From the NCBI GenBank assembly GCA_031425655.1, contig JANPJS010000251.1, forward strand, positions 1-27,062: a DNA stretch of 27,062 nt, given 5' to 3'. This document shows, piece after piece, positions 25,256-27,062 of the stretch. Under the pieces are notes generated by a model. That model was not told where the DNA came from and made no database searches. It saw only the letters and a list, made by a program, of their open reading frames with translations. The position numbers were made by a program, and so were the translations under genes. Origin of the DNA: Abditibacteriaceae bacterium. Its GTDB lineage: Bacteria > Armatimonadota > Abditibacteriia > Abditibacteriales > Abditibacteriaceae. Positions within the stretch are counted from its first letter, which is position 1, and each line of letters opens with the position of its first letter.

Positions 25256-27062
25256 TTACTGCGTAGCACTTGGCTCACGGCTAACGTGTAAGCCACCGTT
25301 GCCTTCTGTTATACGAGTCATCACGCGGATGAAGGCTTCGGCTACTGTTGGATCAAAATGCTTTCCCTGGCCCGCTTTGATCTCGGACAAGGCGGCCTCC
25401 GGTGTGAATCCCTTGCGGTAAGGTCGGTCGGTGATCATCGCGGAATAGGCATCGGGCACGGCCAGCAAACGGCCCATTCTGGGAATGTTCTCGGCAGCTA
25501 ATCCGTCTGGATAGCCGCTGCCATCCCACTTCTCGTGATGATATCGCACGCCATCCAAGACTGTTTCGTGGTGCGGCACGTCTTTAATGATCAGAGCGCC
25601 AAAGACCGCGTGTTGCTGCATAATCTTGCGCTCCTCATCGTTGAGCCTGCCGGGGTGGCGCAGCACAGCATCCGGCACGGCAATCTTACCAACGTCATGC
25701 AACAAACTACTAATGCACACGGTGTGCAAATCCTCACGCGAATACTTCATCTCTTCCGCAATCAACAGTGCGAGTCCAGCGACTTCTTCAGAGTGGCGGC
25801 GGGTGTAACGATCCTTGTTGTCAATGGAAGTAACAAGGGCGTCCAACACACCAAAAGAGCCGCTACCGGAGGCTTCTCGGATCTTGCGAAACTCGTCGCG
25901 GGCATGAGCACGCACCTCAAAAATAATGTCGTGTTCTTCTTCCCCAATGGCCATACCTCTATGCTTGTGTTCATAAAGCATAGCGTCAGCTTTGCTGACT
26001 AACTCCAGAGAGTGTGTGGCATCCTGTGGAAATATCGCCCAGCCAAAAGACATCCCGATGGGGATACGGGCACCATCCTGAGCCTCGTAATCCAATTTTG
26101 TCAGGCGGGCCGCAATACGGCGGCAGGCCCGCGCAGTGTCTTCAGGCCCCGTATCAGGCAACACCGCGATAAACTCGTCGCCCCCAAAACGTCCCAGCAC
26201 GTCACTGGTGCGAAAGACCTCGGTAAGGCATTCACCCACCATACGCAGAACAGCGTCGCCGACTACGTGTCCATAGGTATCGTTGAAGAACTTGAAGTTA
26301 TTGAGATCCATCATCACCACACCCAACGGGGCACCGGTGCGGCGACCGCGCGCCAAAGCCGTATTGAGCTGCTGTTGAATGGAGCGATGATTGTAGAGGC
26401 CGGTGACACTATCCCGGTCGGCGCGCCGCTGCGCATCATCGTAGAGTCGCGCGTTTTGCAGCGCCGGTGCGGCGGTAAAGTTGATGGCATCAAGCAGTAA
26501 GACTTCATCGGCGCTCAGGCGCTTGTTCCATGCTGCCAGCAACAAGACGCCTACCACTTCTCCATCCCACAGCATCAGGATAGATACGGCTGAACCATCC
26601 TCGCCGATCAATTGTTCCATGAGCGGATCGTCGGCAACACCATACTCGATGCGGTGGTGACGCTGTGCGTCCTGACACTCACCGCGTGCCACTAAATCGC
26701 CCCATTCGGCGAGTAATCGGCGCTGACTTACTGTGGTAAAGCCAACAGAAGACATCAAGCGCCATTGGGTGGGCAGTGATGGGGAGTCGTCGTTATCCTC
26801 GTTAGGCGGCGCAGTGTTCTGCCCGTCCGTCACTGGCGGATTGGACTGGTTGCGCCGCTCTTGTTCCAATAACTCCGACGGGACGAAGTCGCCGCGCAGC
26901 CAAAAACCGGCGCCGTCCGCAGACAAAGACATCCGCGCATGATCTATTATGGTTTGCACCACTTGTTGCGCGTCTAGTGATTGTGACCTGCACCCCAAAA
27001 ACTGATCCATTTGAAAGGTTAGAATCTCAGCCAAAGGAACGACGAGATGAAAACCCGACAGT
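25256..27062 (-). CDS. GAF-GGDEF-HD-GYP c-di-GMP protein (5' end outside window)
   Basis: DSVTGLYNHR, RTSD..GRFGGDEF, DRYTRRHS, LLHDVGK and HHEKWDGSGYP. The frame stays open to the window edge (LSGFHLVVPL...). Confidence 0.93.
   Translation of the reverse strand, partial: LSGFHLVVPLAEILTFQMDQFLGCRSQSLDAQQVVQTIIDHARMSLSADGAGFWLRGDFVPSELLEQERRNQSNPPVTDGQNTAPPNEDNDDSPSLPTQWRLMSSVGFTTVSQRRLLAEWGDLVARGECQDAQRHHRIEYGVADDPLMEQLIGEDGSAVSILMLWDGEVVGVLLLAAWNKRLSADEVLLLDAINFTAAPALQNARLYDDAQRRADRDSVTGLYNHRSIQQQLNTALARGRRTGAPLGVVMMDLNNFKFFNDTYGHVVGDAVLRMVGECLTEVFRTSDVLGRFGGDEFIAVLPDTGPEDTARACRRIAARLTKLDYEAQDGARIPIGMSFGWAIFPQDATHSLELVSKADAMLYEHKHRGMAIGEEEHDIIFEVRAHARDEFRKIREASGSGSFGVLDALVTSIDNKDRYTRRHSEEVAGLALLIAEEMKYSREDLHTVCISSLLHDVGKIAVPDAVLRHPGRLNDEERKIMQQHAVFGALIIKDVPHHETVLDGVRYHHEKWDGSGYPDGLAAENIPRMGRLLAVPDAYSAMITDRPYRKGFTPEAALSEIKAGQGKHFDPTVAEAFIRVMTRITEGNGGLHVSREPSATQ

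Noticed and set aside
27050..27062. AAACCCGACAGT resembling the reverse complement of the IS end at 119-136
   Set aside because: The match is short and lies within the open GGDEF/HD-GYP frame, so it is probably chance.
1..27062. tRNA, rRNA or known riboswitch
   Set aside because: No cloverleaf, rRNA or recognisable aptamer was seen by eye. An Rfam/Infernal scan would be needed to exclude them formally.

Overview
GC-rich bacterial chromosomal window. An Armatimonadota/Abditibacteriota-like origin is a tentative inference from an 'FPxFARARE.AR'-type motif. It carries housekeeping and general genes: prs, rsmI, a DedA protein, an MgtC protein, an RMD1/DUF155 protein, a SpoIIM-like protein, an APC transporter, two Gfo/Idh/MocA oxidoreductases, a PhyH dioxygenase, a TPR protein and two c-di-GMP enzymes. 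Single-gene accessory inserts are interleaved with them, along with an intact IS1-family element (8-bp TSD) and the 3' end of a probable IS4-family element at the left edge. Four things stand out. (1) Accessory genes are bracketed by diverged second copies of the end of the neighbouring core gene (rsmI 3' end, DUF4126 5' end, a terminator hairpin), which suggests insertion by gene-terminus replacement. (2) At least seven ~100-140 bp intergenic fold-back elements from several unrelated repeat families occur; in co-oriented gene pairs, folding would bring the SD or upstream stop codon back next to the start codon. (3) A 32-aa bS22-like ribosomal protein missing from the ORF track sits behind a near-consensus promoter, upstream of rsmI. 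(4) There is an antitoxin-like/degenerate-PIN fusion and a 110-nt overlapping small ORF/nucleotidyltransferase pair. All family calls come from motif recognition by eye, with no database searches.
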